A DNA stretch of 64,000 bases, from NCBI GenBank assembly GCA_963718335.1, contig CAVQYT010000007.1, forward strand, positions 356,122 to 420,121, written 5' to 3'. The position numbers and the translations under genes are program-made. This stretch comes from Methanobacteriota archaeon (GTDB taxonomy: Archaea; Methanobacteriota; Methanobacteria; Methanobacteriales; Methanobacteriaceae). Of this stretch, positions 1 to 9,351 are shown in pieces. Numbering within the stretch: the stretch's first letter is position 1; every line of letters begins with the position of its first letter. The notes under the pieces are model-generated. The model made no database searches and was not told the origin of the DNA. It worked only from the letters and a program-made list of their open reading frames with translations.

Positions 1-364
1 TGACATCATGCCGGAACAGATACAGTTGGAGTACATGGGCGGTTCAATGAGGCTGGGATCTTATCCCTGCAGCATTATAAAAGGAACACTGGCCCATGAT
101 GCCTACGGGGAAAAATCCATAGACGAAAGACACAGACATAGATTCGAATTCAACAACGATTTCCGTGAAATCTTACAGGAAAAGGGTCTGGTGATTTCAG
201 GTATTTCACCCAATTATCTACTGGTGGAGATGATTGAACTTGAAGATCATCCCTGGTTTTTAGGATGCCAGTTCCATCCAGAATTTAAATCAAGACCAAA
301 TAAAGCACATCCAATATTTGTTTCCTTTATGAAGGCCGCACTTCTAAACAAGAATAACGGATGA
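1..364 (+). CDS. pyrG: CTP synthase, C-terminal glutamine amidotransferase part (5' end lies outside the window)
   Basis: The frame is open from position 2. The translation has [24 protein letters not shown], the class I amidotransferase segment of CTP synthase. Confidence 0.9.
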   Translation, partial: DIMPEQIQLEYMGGSMRLGSYPCSIIKGTLAHDAYGEKSIDERHRHRFEFNNDFREILQEKGLVISGISPNYLLVEMIELEDHPWFLGCQFHPEFKSRPNKAHPIFVSFMKAALLNKNNG

Positions 365-370
365 TAACCC

Positions 371-1528
371 ATGGTAGAGATACCGTTTTTATGTACAGTA
401 ATCGCTATCTTAGCATGTTTTTTTGCCAGTTACACCGATATTAAATGGGGTATAATTCCCAATAAATTAACTTTTCCTTTAATTTTTCTGGGTATAGTTT
501 TAAATGGTTTTTATGCCATTGTGGCAGGTAATATCTGGCTATTGTTTTATAACTTAATTTTTACTGCAGGGATCTTTGTACTGGGATACCTTCTGTGGAA
601 ATTAGGAGCATGGGCCGGTGGAGATGTTAAGTTGTTCACCGCACTGGCTGCCCTCTTACCATTTTATCCGGCCATAATTAGTTACAATGTATGGGGTGTT
701 GAATTCCCCATTACAGCCGTATATCCCTTTCCCTTAACTTTAATCATAAACAGTATTCTGGCCATATTTCCCTTTTTGTTAATATTCATATTTTACATTG
801 CATTTAGAAAAAAACGTTACCTCATGGACGAGCTAGTTGCACCGGTCAATGAATACATGAAAAATTTTGTTTTAACCCTGGTAATAACTTCTGCAGTTTC
901 ATTAACCCTTTTTATCACACCATATCTACCATTCCAGATTATTTTGATCTCCCTTATTCTAATTTACATTTTGACCCTGATTATTTCCAAACTCCCCAAT
1001 AGAATAAAAGCTGTGCTGGTATCTGTTCTGGTGGCGTTCGCTCTTTTCAACAATTTATTCTTAACACTAAGCAGCATCATCATATTATTTATTTCTATAA
1101 ATGTAATAGAAGTTGTAAGGAAGCTTTTAACCACAGTAAATAAGAAAGCACTTCAAGACGATGTGGAAATAGCGAATTTAAAGGAAGGAATGATATCTGC
1201 CTACAACCTTTATAAGGTGGATGATGAAGTTATAGTGGATGATAAGGGATTTTTTGATAAGTTAAAGGGATTATTTAGAGGAGGAGACCTTTCTGAGGTT
1301 TCCGGACCTCCTGGAAAACTTCTTGTAAGTAATATGGCAGCAGGAATATCTAAAGATAATATAGAACTTATAAAAAAGTTACATGAAGATAATAAGATTT
1401 CTAATCACATCAGGATTAAAAAAGGAGTTCCATTTGCACCTTCAATTTTAATAGGTCTTATCATATCCCTTTTTATTGGAGATCTGGCGGTAATACTACA
1501 GAAAGTGCTTTATTTTTTGTTTATATGA
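371..1528 (+). CDS. Archaeal A24-family class III signal (prepilin/preflagellin) peptidase, EppA/FlaK-like
   Basis: Polytopic 385-aa membrane protein. The two catalytic Asp contexts are SYTDIKWGIIPN and GAWAGGDVKLF, and the C-terminus has GVPFAPSILIG. It starts 6 nt after pyrG and sits directly upstream of the pilin-like genes. Confidence 0.8.
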   Translation: MVEIPFLCTVIAILACFFASYTDIKWGIIPNKLTFPLIFLGIVLNGFYAIVAGNIWLLFYNLIFTAGIFVLGYLLWKLGAWAGGDVKLFTALAALLPFYPAIISYNVWGVEFPITAVYPFPLTLIINSILAIFPFLLIFIFYIAFRKKRYLMDELVAPVNEYMKNFVLTLVITSAVSLTLFITPYLPFQIILISLILIYILTLIISKLPNRIKAVLVSVLVAFALFNNLFLTLSSIIILFISINVIEVVRKLLTTVNKKALQDDVEIANLKEGMISAYNLYKVDDEVIVDDKGFFDKLKGLFRGGDLSEVSGPPGKLLVSNMAAGISKDNIELIKKLHEDNKISNHIRIKKGVPFAPSILIGLIISLFIGDLAVILQKVLYFLFI

Positions 1529-1590
1529 ACAAACTTTAAAGCAATTCCATACCAAAATGTTATATAGTTAAAATCCTAATTTTTTAATTA

Positions 1591-2025
1591 GTGAAAAGAA
1601 TGGATATTAGAGGGCAGATATCGGTTGAATATCTTCTTTTGATTGTAGTAATTTTGATTATTTTAGGTGCTGTTACCATTCCATTGGCAGGAAAATCTAT
1701 CGATGCCAGTAACGATGTTTCATGGACTTCAGATGCAAAGGTAGCAGTTGAAAGTGTTGCAAATGCTGTAGACATTGTTTATGCCAATGGACCTGGCGCA
1801 AAAAGAACCATAGATATTTACATTCCTCAAAATAACATGGCTTTACAAACAAAGGGTAATAACATATTTATTGCAACTTCCTTATCGGGTAATACACAAA
1901 AAAATGTAACTGCAACTACTGGATACACTTTAAACACAAATTCCATATCTCTTAATAAAAATTGGCATAAAATACAGGTTACATGGCCAATTGGTGGCAG
2001 TATAAGTATTACAGCATTGAATTAA
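1591..2025 (+). CDS. Type IV pilin-like protein with class III signal peptide
   Basis: N-terminus MKRMDIRG/QISVEYLLLIVVILIILG: a short basic leader, the Q-x-S-x-E-x-x-x-L pattern (Class_IIIsignal/DUF361 type) and a hydrophobic helix. Confidence 0.75.
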   Translation: MKRMDIRGQISVEYLLLIVVILIILGAVTIPLAGKSIDASNDVSWTSDAKVAVESVANAVDIVYANGPGAKRTIDIYIPQNNMALQTKGNNIFIATSLSGNTQKNVTATTGYTLNTNSISLNKNWHKIQVTWPIGGSISITALN

Positions 2026-2036
2026 TAGGTGATTAT

Positions 2037-2948
2037 ATGAGATTCTTCACTATATTTGGAGATTTAATCTTAAAAATGTTAAGATTTTTTGGTACGTTAA
2101 TTTTGGATATACCAAATATTCCTAATAGAATACGAGGCATTAAAACCAGTAATTTAAAGAAAAAAATGGATATGGGAGTTATTAAGGAAAATATATCCAA
2201 AGTAAAGAATAGTGAAGTTATACAGAAGAATAAATCAAAAATTTCCAAGGTAAATGCTACTCCCACTGATCATAACATAAAAACAGGTGAATATAAAGAA
2301 AATATAACCGATAAAGCTAAAATAGAAAGGGGTTTTGGAAAATTCACATCAGAAGAAAAGGAGAGAACTGTTTTTTTGCTTCAAATTATATCTGGAGCTT
2401 TTTTAGTAATAAATATGCTTTATATTTTTAATTTCATTTCAATTATTATTTACGGAATTTTAGGGGTTCTTTCAGTAGCATACATAATTTATGTCCTGTT
2501 TACAAAAATTAAATTGATGTATGGAACTGATTTTAACGCATATCGTGATTTCTTTTTGATGTACGTTGGTGTAGGCATTATTCTTGTACTGGTTGGAACA
2601 AATCCCAATTTTGTAATGACTTTATCATTCCAATTTTTCCCTTCACTTTCAGTTTTAATATTTGCCTTAATAGCTGTAATAACTGTATTTTTAATTTTTA
2701 GAATTAAATATCACCGAGATTACACCTTTGGAAAAGTAATTGAAGCCGGAAAAAAAACTGCTTATGTTAAAGTGGACTATGATATTTGCTCTAATGTTAA
2801 ACCTGATATCTATATGGTGAAAAATGAATCCGGCGCTCAAGATGGAGATGTGGTTAGACTTAAAATAGAAGAGAATATTTTAAGTATGAAGGGAAATAAG
2901 CCAAGTATAATAACTGATATTTTAAATAAGTCTCAATTTTCGTCTTAA
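2037..2948 (+). CDS. Membrane protein of unknown function embedded in the pilin locus (possibly DUF2101-like)
   Basis: ATG at 2037 is preceded by AGGTGA. It has a Lys-rich N-terminal region, several hydrophobic helices and a soluble beta-rich C-terminal ~80 aa. The track ORF start at 1983 overlaps the pilin gene and is probably not used. Confidence 0.55.
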   Translation: MRFFTIFGDLILKMLRFFGTLILDIPNIPNRIRGIKTSNLKKKMDMGVIKENISKVKNSEVIQKNKSKISKVNATPTDHNIKTGEYKENITDKAKIERGFGKFTSEEKERTVFLLQIISGAFLVINMLYIFNFISIIIYGILGVLSVAYIIYVLFTKIKLMYGTDFNAYRDFFLMYVGVGIILVLVGTNPNFVMTLSFQFFPSLSVLIFALIAVITVFLIFRIKYHRDYTFGKVIEAGKKTAYVKVDYDICSNVKPDIYMVKNESGAQDGDVVRLKIEENILSMKGNKPSIITDILNKSQFSS

Positions 2949-2982
2949 AAAAAAAATTTTAATAGCTTATTTTCAATTTTGA

Positions 2983-3393
2983 TTATACAATAACAACGCT
3001 GTATGTATGTCTACTTGTTATTACAACATCATCGAATGGATTGCCTGAATCAACAGTGTTTATCTGGTATTTACCCACATTTGCAATTGAATTTATGACA
3101 GCATTGAATATAGTTATGTTGGCATTGTTGGAAACAGGTCCAGATAAGTTTATTAATAGGGTTAAATTTTGTCCATTTCCAGTCATTCTTATATCATTAA
3201 CTCTAATCGGATCCATATTTCTGTTTAAAATAGTTAAATTAGTCACAGAATCCATTGCCCCTGTTCTTGCAGCTGTTGTAACTGTATTTATTTCGTTACT
3301 ATCACTGATATACGATCCCATTAAAATTACAATTACCAACATAAAGGCAATGACAAGTACAAACTCCAGTGAAATTTGCCCTTTTTGATCCAT
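2983..3393 (-). CDS. Type IV pilin-like protein with class III signal peptide
   Basis: N-terminus MDQKG/QISLEFVLVIAFMLVIVILMG matches the Q-x-S-x-E-x-x-x-L class III pattern. It is divergent from the 3709-8176 operon. Confidence 0.75.
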   Translation of the reverse strand: MDQKGQISLEFVLVIAFMLVIVILMGSYISDSNEINTVTTAARTGAMDSVTNLTILNRNMDPIRVNDIRMTGNGQNLTLLINLSGPVSNNANITIFNAVINSIANVGKYQINTVDSGNPFDDVVITSRHTYSVVIV

Positions 3394-3708
3394 TTTATCA
3401 TTATCTTCTTTTTAGTTAGAGTGTTATATTATTTTCTATTGGCTAAAGTAGATAATTTTATTTCATTTAATAAAAAAATCGACTTTTATTCAAATTAAAA
3501 ACTTTTTTTAATGACTGATAGTAAATAGATATATTCACAAATCAAAGTAGGTATTTGCTTCTTTAATGTGAAAATAATCACGTCATAATTATGACATCAT
3601 ATATGATTGTGATTAATAAAATATAAATCGATATGTGTTAATATTGTATTGCTTAAATATCGGTTAACGGTTTAAAATGTGCATTAGTCATGAATTCGGG
3701 GGATACTT

Positions 3709-4599
3709 TTGGGACCATTAAGAAGAGATTCTGAAGGCCAAATTTTTTCTATTGATCTTTTGCTTGCTTTAATTCCAATTGTCCTCTTATTAGGTATGGC
3801 TGCTTCAGATATGGACAACATATATTATTTGGTCCAGGGAACTGTTTTTCAAAGTTCAACAGAGAGAGTGGCTTCAGATTCTGTTAATGCACTTGTTGAA
3901 ACGTCTGGAAGCCCTAATAATTGGGAAATTGTGGGGAACTTATCGGTTGTTGGACTGGCCAAGTATGATACTAAAAAAAATATGTCTGTTGAAAATTATT
4001 TATCTCCCTATAAATTAAATGCATTACAGCCCCAATATGTCCAGAATCTCCTGGGTCCAGAATATGGATTTTTTTTAAATTTAAGCAGAGTGGATAATAA
4101 AGCGGTTACCCTTAAAACAATTGGAAATTACAATAACACTGCTCAAAATATAATAAAAGTGGAGAGATTAGTAGTTACATCAAATCTTCAATTAGAAGCG
4201 TCTTTAGAAGGTTTAATACGAGCTACTGGTCAGCCACGAACATATGAAACCACATTTCAAAGTAATGGCGCTACCGTAGGGGCATATGACTACTGGGTAC
4301 TGGTTCTTAATAGAGGCTATGATTCAGCCAGTGTAGATGTAAATTCTAATCCTGTTGTAACTCAAAGTGAGATTAAACACGATATAACCGAAATTAAGAA
4401 ATTGATAAATAGTTCATATTTAAAAAATCAGACCCAATTAATGGATAATATTGTGACAGTCAGGGGACAAAGTACTCCTGGTAATTCCATGGATGTTTAT
4501 ATAATCTCTGCACCTAAAGGAACTCCTGAAAGTGAAATTAGTCTGGAAAATACTAAATTAAGACAATGTAATTTTGAATTTTTTGTATGGGTGAAATGA
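3709..4599 (+). CDS. Prepilin-like protein (variant class III signal peptide), 296 aa
   Basis: TTG start. The N-terminus ..RRDSEG/QIFSIDLLLALIPIVLLLG is followed by a globular region with several N-x-S/T sequons. First gene of a tightly packed four-gene set. Confidence 0.6.
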   Translation: MGPLRRDSEGQIFSIDLLLALIPIVLLLGMAASDMDNIYYLVQGTVFQSSTERVASDSVNALVETSGSPNNWEIVGNLSVVGLAKYDTKKNMSVENYLSPYKLNALQPQYVQNLLGPEYGFFLNLSRVDNKAVTLKTIGNYNNTAQNIIKVERLVVTSNLQLEASLEGLIRATGQPRTYETTFQSNGATVGAYDYWVLVLNRGYDSASVDVNSNPVVTQSEIKHDITEIKKLINSSYLKNQTQLMDNIVTVRGQSTPGNSMDVYIISAPKGTPESEISLENTKLRQCNFEFFVWVK

Positions 4600-6671
4600 T
4601 GGACGATAAGGGGTTTATCTTTACAACTGATGCCACATTGGCACTTGTTGTATTTATGGTGTTTACAGTTTCATTGGCTACTTATTTAATATTACCCAGT
4701 TATTTGGGTAACGATCATCAGCATCTTGATCGATTAGCTGCAGATGCACTACGAATAATGCATCAGGATGGCACATTATATCTGGCTTCAGTGCAGTATC
4801 AAAATGGAAATGTAACAGGAGCTCAAAACACGTTAAATTCAGCTTTAAATAATTTAATACCTGCAGATATCGGTTATAGGATCACATTAGCATCTTATCC
4901 CCCAGCAGAAAATGATAGAGGTCTTCTATATGCTAATAATATTGTAACCAGGACAGATGTAATATCTGGACCTAAAGAAGGTTGGATGGGAAGGGCTTGG
5001 TATAAGGTTGAAAAGGCAGAATTTGTAGATCAACCTACCAATGTTACCACAACCCTATGGAACTTCCACAACTGGCTTACCAATTTTGATCCATGGAATA
5101 GCAATAATCATTTAAGCAGCTATCCTTACTGGGGAAGGGGCAGCACACCTCAAAATATTGCATTTTCCGTCCCTTCTGGAGCAACAATTAATAGCTTCAC
5201 CTTTTTATTGGGCTCTTCAAGTCATCAGAATCGGGGTAAATCATATGCAGCCGATGTTGTAATCAATAATTATCACAACGTTATATCTAATTCAAGTTTC
5301 ACATTCTTGAATTTGAGACCTGGAAGCCAGGAAACCATGTTTAATTACCAGGGATTCCCCAATGTTGGTCAAATTCACACCGGTTCAAATGGATTTTATG
5401 TAAATTATTTAAATGCAACCAGTTACAGTGATATGCCATGGTTTTCAATCATAGCTAACTACACTACGTCTTTTAAAGTTCCTCAGGGCGTATTAAACAG
5501 TAGAATTGACTTTGATAACGCAGCGGGATTAGCGGTCCCTAATGCACAGGATTTAGGTGATGGAACAAACGCATATGGAAGGATATATAATTTAAATATG
5601 GGTACTGTACAGTCTTTTTATAATAGTAGAATAATGAGTTGGAATTCATTTGTATCAAACAGGAATACTTTAGATAATTATGATGATGGAATACCCTTTG
5701 TAATTGATAACGTCAATGGAGAAGATGGAAGTGCTGTAAGTGTAGTAAAGGAATTTAATATACCCACAGATAACGTGAGAATTCTTGATGCATATCTGGT
5801 TACAAATATTTATGGAGCTGCAGATAATGCCATGGTTGAAGTATGGGATGGTACTCAGTGGAAAACGGTTTTCTGTTCATTTGATTTTGATGGAGTGGAC
5901 TACAGTGGAACAGATGGTTACGGTAATATACCCGGCATATTGTACATTGGGGATAAATTAAGAACAGGACAAAATAAAGTCAGGATAACTTTATGGGATA
6001 ATGCTCCAGCAAATGATTATGACCTTGTTGGAATCGTTAACTCATATGTATCTTTTTCGTACACCCGTTTACCAATAAGATGGGAAAATTTTGCCTTTAA
6101 CAGTTACCAGGATACAGATAACAGTAATCAGCAGACCCGTACTTTTACCATTGATAACAATGCTAAAGAAGTTTATTTATTCACAGGATCAGGTACTGAC
6201 ACAAGGCATATAAAAGTAGAAGTTAGGACAGGAACAGGTGGGACCTGGAGAACATTATACGACAGTGATACTGTACCTTATTCTTTAAATTTAGCTTCAT
6301 TAGATGCAGGTTCATCTAATAAAGTATTTACAACAGGTAATTCAGCAAATTACACTATTATACCTGGAAATTACAGGACAAGAGTAACTATAACCAGTCC
6401 TTCCAATGGATGGGAATCAGGAGATTCATACGCAGAAATATTTTCAGGTACACGGGTTTCTGTTTTATATCCCGAATTTCTGGAAAATAGGTGGACAGCA
6501 TCCTATGCCAGTGATCCTGAAACAGCTAAACAACAGGCACGTCAGGAACTTATCAATATATTAACTCAATCCGGTATAACACCAGATCCAAATTTAATCA
6601 GGGAAGAAGCTTTATACACTGGAGATTTACCCAATTCAATACCAGTGAGGTTAGAATTATGGAAGCATTGA
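4587..6671 (+). CDS. Large prepilin-like surface protein (~690 aa), candidate adhesin / tip component
   Basis: N-terminus (M)MDDKG/FIFTTDATLALVVFMVFTV. The likely start is ATG 4596, which forms an ATGA overlap with the upstream stop. The body is long, Asn/Thr/Ser-rich and has many N-x-S/T sequons. Confidence 0.6.
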   Translation: MGEMMDDKGFIFTTDATLALVVFMVFTVSLATYLILPSYLGNDHQHLDRLAADALRIMHQDGTLYLASVQYQNGNVTGAQNTLNSALNNLIPADIGYRITLASYPPAENDRGLLYANNIVTRTDVISGPKEGWMGRAWYKVEKAEFVDQPTNVTTTLWNFHNWLTNFDPWNSNNHLSSYPYWGRGSTPQNIAFSVPSGATINSFTFLLGSSSHQNRGKSYAADVVINNYHNVISNSSFTFLNLRPGSQETMFNYQGFPNVGQIHTGSNGFYVNYLNATSYSDMPWFSIIANYTTSFKVPQGVLNSRIDFDNAAGLAVPNAQDLGDGTNAYGRIYNLNMGTVQSFYNSRIMSWNSFVSNRNTLDNYDDGIPFVIDNVNGEDGSAVSVVKEFNIPTDNVRILDAYLVTNIYGAADNAMVEVWDGTQWKTVFCSFDFDGVDYSGTDGYGNIPGILYIGDKLRTGQNKVRITLWDNAPANDYDLVGIVNSYVSFSYTRLPIRWENFAFNSYQDTDNSNQQTRTFTIDNNAKEVYLFTGSGTDTRHIKVEVRTGTGGTWRTLYDSDTVPYSLNLASLDAGSSNKVFTTGNSANYTIIPGNYRTRVTITSPSNGWESGDSYAEIFSGTRVSVLYPEFLENRWTASYASDPETAKQQARQELINILTQSGITPDPNLIREEALYTGDLPNSIPVRLELWKH

Positions 6672-6680
6672 GGGATTAAA

Positions 6681-7745
6681 ATGGATGAAGGAGGCTATGT
6701 ATTTACTCCAATGGCATTTTTACTTTTTATACCGGTTATTATAATTGCGGTGAGTTTTAGTGGAATTGTGAATGAAGCTAATAACATTGCAGCCATAACT
6801 ATAGGTGGAGATGTGAGTTTTTCTGCAGTGTCAAATATTGTTTCAGCTACGGAAAAGGGAGCATCGGATGCTGGTAGAAATTCTGCTTATAACGCCACCC
6901 GAAAGGTAATTGACAGTAGTAGTGTTAATGGATCAAACCCATTTTTTGCCAATGGTCAAAGTAAAACTTATATCCTTAACAACATCTTGCCAGTTTTAAA
7001 TAGTCATGTTATCACAACCAGTAAGGAAATAGAATATCAAACGGGACGACAAATTTACATCAACAACATTGCAATAGATAACTACACAAACTCAACCTTT
7101 AGCGCCAGCGACCTTGAAATCACCCAGAGTGATCCATTTGGTTTTACTGTTAACATTAAAGGTGGAATACCAATTAAAATAGTTCAAAAAGACCAGGTAT
7201 ATGAAGGTAAGATGCCTCCAATTTCTGCCTATGTTTCTATTGAAGGATTGGAAGATCCATATATATGGGTTAACTCCAGATATAGACAGAGTAATATCAT
7301 TTATAAATATCCCTATTATAGGGAATATGGAAATGAGTACTTCTTTGATGATTCTGTGGATGATGATAATCATAGGTTATATTTCCTGTGGGATTGCCTC
7401 AATGGGACTGGAAATCCAAGTAATATTTATCCCAGACCTTTTTATTTCCCAAATCAATATGGGTTAACATTCTTTGACCGGTTGGAAAATAGAAGTTCGT
7501 CTGGTGATGCAAATGTAAAAAACAGGATGAGTACATTTATAATTGAAGATCCATTGAGGGAAAATCATGGCACTGAAGCTGTTTCTAGATTGGATCAGGA
7601 ATATTTTAATAATGTAGCCGGTACGTCCATAGAAATAGGTACGGGGCAGAATAGGGAGCCAATGCAGGATCCTTCAGGAAATGCTATATTTTACCTTTCA
7701 ACATTCTATAAAAACTACTTTGGTCTGCAAAATAGGTATAACTAG
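6681..7745 (+). CDS. Prepilin-like protein, 354 aa
   Basis: N-terminus MDEGG/YVFTPMAFLLFIPVIIIAV. It starts 9 nt after the preceding gene. Confidence 0.55.
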   Translation: MDEGGYVFTPMAFLLFIPVIIIAVSFSGIVNEANNIAAITIGGDVSFSAVSNIVSATEKGASDAGRNSAYNATRKVIDSSSVNGSNPFFANGQSKTYILNNILPVLNSHVITTSKEIEYQTGRQIYINNIAIDNYTNSTFSASDLEITQSDPFGFTVNIKGGIPIKIVQKDQVYEGKMPPISAYVSIEGLEDPYIWVNSRYRQSNIIYKYPYYREYGNEYFFDDSVDDDNHRLYFLWDCLNGTGNPSNIYPRPFYFPNQYGLTFFDRLENRSSSGDANVKNRMSTFIIEDPLRENHGTEAVSRLDQEYFNNVAGTSIEIGTGQNREPMQDPSGNAIFYLSTFYKNYFGLQNRYN

Positions 7746-7759
7746 AGATAGGAGTTAAA

Positions 7760-8176
7760 ATGATTTTAGATGATAAGGGAATTGCAACTGCAGAATTATT
7801 ATTGGTAACTTTAATATTTTTGATAATTATAGGTGGATTTATTAATTTAACTGGTTCTGCCCTTAATAAAACCCAGACTGGAACTCTAGGTGAGGTTAGG
7901 ATGATTGGTGAAAGAATTGCTGAAACCATTAATACAGTTTATCTTAATGGTAATGGATATTCAATCAATATGACATTACCTAATACAACTAACAATCAGG
8001 TAAGTTATACAGCAATGATAAATAGTACAAATAATACTGCATATCTTAAAATGCAGTATGGTTCTAATATTACTATTAAATTAATTCCTAACAGTGTTCA
8101 AAGTGTAGTATTAAATAAAGGACAGAAATATAGGGTTTATAATGAGAATGGAACCATAAAATTCCTCACATTATGA
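7760..8176 (+). CDS. Type IV pilin-like protein, 138 aa
   Basis: N-terminus MILDDKG/IATAELLLVTLIFLIIIGG. It starts 14 nt after the preceding gene. The body is Asn/Thr-rich. Confidence 0.6.
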   Translation: MILDDKGIATAELLLVTLIFLIIIGGFINLTGSALNKTQTGTLGEVRMIGERIAETINTVYLNGNGYSINMTLPNTTNNQVSYTAMINSTNNTAYLKMQYGSNITIKLIPNSVQSVVLNKGQKYRVYNENGTIKFLTL

Positions 8177-8240
8177 TCTTAGTAAGATTTTTTAACCATA
8201 AAAATTATTAATTTTAAATAAAACTAGAAGGAGATAATTT

Positions 8241-8678
8241 ATGGACCTCGGACCAGGATGGGAAAAGAAAGGTTTAATAATTATTGTCATAATCACTTTA
8301 ATTATTGTAGTTTATGCTTATGGACCATTTAAAGGTGATAGTAAAGCAGAAGTTCAGAATAATACATCACAGACTCCAGTGCCCGCTCCAATATCAACAC
8401 CAGCGGTAAATAACAACGTCACCAATTCTACAATAGGCAACGTAAATGTAACTGGTGGGTCTAATGGAACGTACCAGATAACCTCAGAACAGGCCAAAAA
8501 AATTGCAACACAGCCTGGATTTACAACTGGACAACCTACAAAGGGTAATGTAATGATGAATAACAACAACATACCGGTTTGGATTGTTCCTCTTATGAAG
8601 GGTAATGTTGTGGTTAAAAGAGTCTATGTTGATGGAATAACCGGAGTAATCGTTGGTAGTGAAGAAGTTAAAAATTAA
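8241..8678 (+). CDS. Membrane-anchored protein with C-terminal PepSY-like domain
   Basis: Signal anchor MDLGPGWEKKGLIIIVIITLIIVVYAY, an N/T/S/P-rich linker, and a C-terminal ITSEQAKKIA...VYVDGITGVIVGSEEV that resembles PepSY. GGAG lies upstream of the ATG. Confidence 0.5.
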   Translation: MDLGPGWEKKGLIIIVIITLIIVVYAYGPFKGDSKAEVQNNTSQTPVPAPISTPAVNNNVTNSTIGNVNVTGGSNGTYQITSEQAKKIATQPGFTTGQPTKGNVMMNNNNIPVWIVPLMKGNVVVKRVYVDGITGVIVGSEEVKN

Positions 8679-8911
8679 CTGTAAAACATTAACTAAAACC
8701 AGTAATCATGCTTGATGCTATTTTTCATGTTTAATTTATTTACAGATGCAAAACATAATAATAATGGAAATCTTCTATATTTGTATGATAAGAATTGGGG
8801 AATGATTTGGGTAAATTTTTAAATATTTTAAAATTAAACTACAATAAAGTTTCATCTTTTTTAGATAAATTAAAATTAAATAATGGAATAGATTATTATG
8901 GAGATTTTTAG

Positions 8912-9181
8912 ATGAATTTAGGACCTGGCTGGGAGAAAAAGGTGTTAATTGTACTGGCGGCAATAACCCTAATTTTAATTATCTATGGATTTGGATCATC
9001 AAAAATTAACACCAACAACACCACTAATCAAACCATAGAACAGCCATCAGTGGCTCCAGAACCTGCTACAACATCAACAGATCAATCAAATTCCAATAAT
9101 CCAACCAATACTATTTCAAATAATACCAACAATAATACTACCGTTCAGGTGAATGCGACAGATCAAGCTGTTGCAGACTAA
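8912..9181 (+). CDS. Truncated paralog of 8241..8678 (anchor plus low-complexity linker only)
   Basis: The N-terminus MNLGPGWEKKVLIVLAAITLILIIYGF is nearly identical in pattern to the neighbour. The ORF stops where the PepSY-like domain would begin. Confidence 0.4.
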   Translation: MNLGPGWEKKVLIVLAAITLILIIYGFGSSKINTNNTTNQTIEQPSVAPEPATTSTDQSNSNNPTNTISNNTNNNTTVQVNATDQAVAD

Positions 9182-9351
9182 AAAAAGCACAGATTCATTT
9201 TTAAATTATTTTAATCAATTGCTATTATTATCAAAAGAGATATATGTTAAATTATCAAACAATAATTTAGAAATCTATTCTGGCTTAAACTAAAATTTAA
9301 TAAAAATAATACCAGTACAATTAATATAACTTACATAACAGGGAAGAGATC

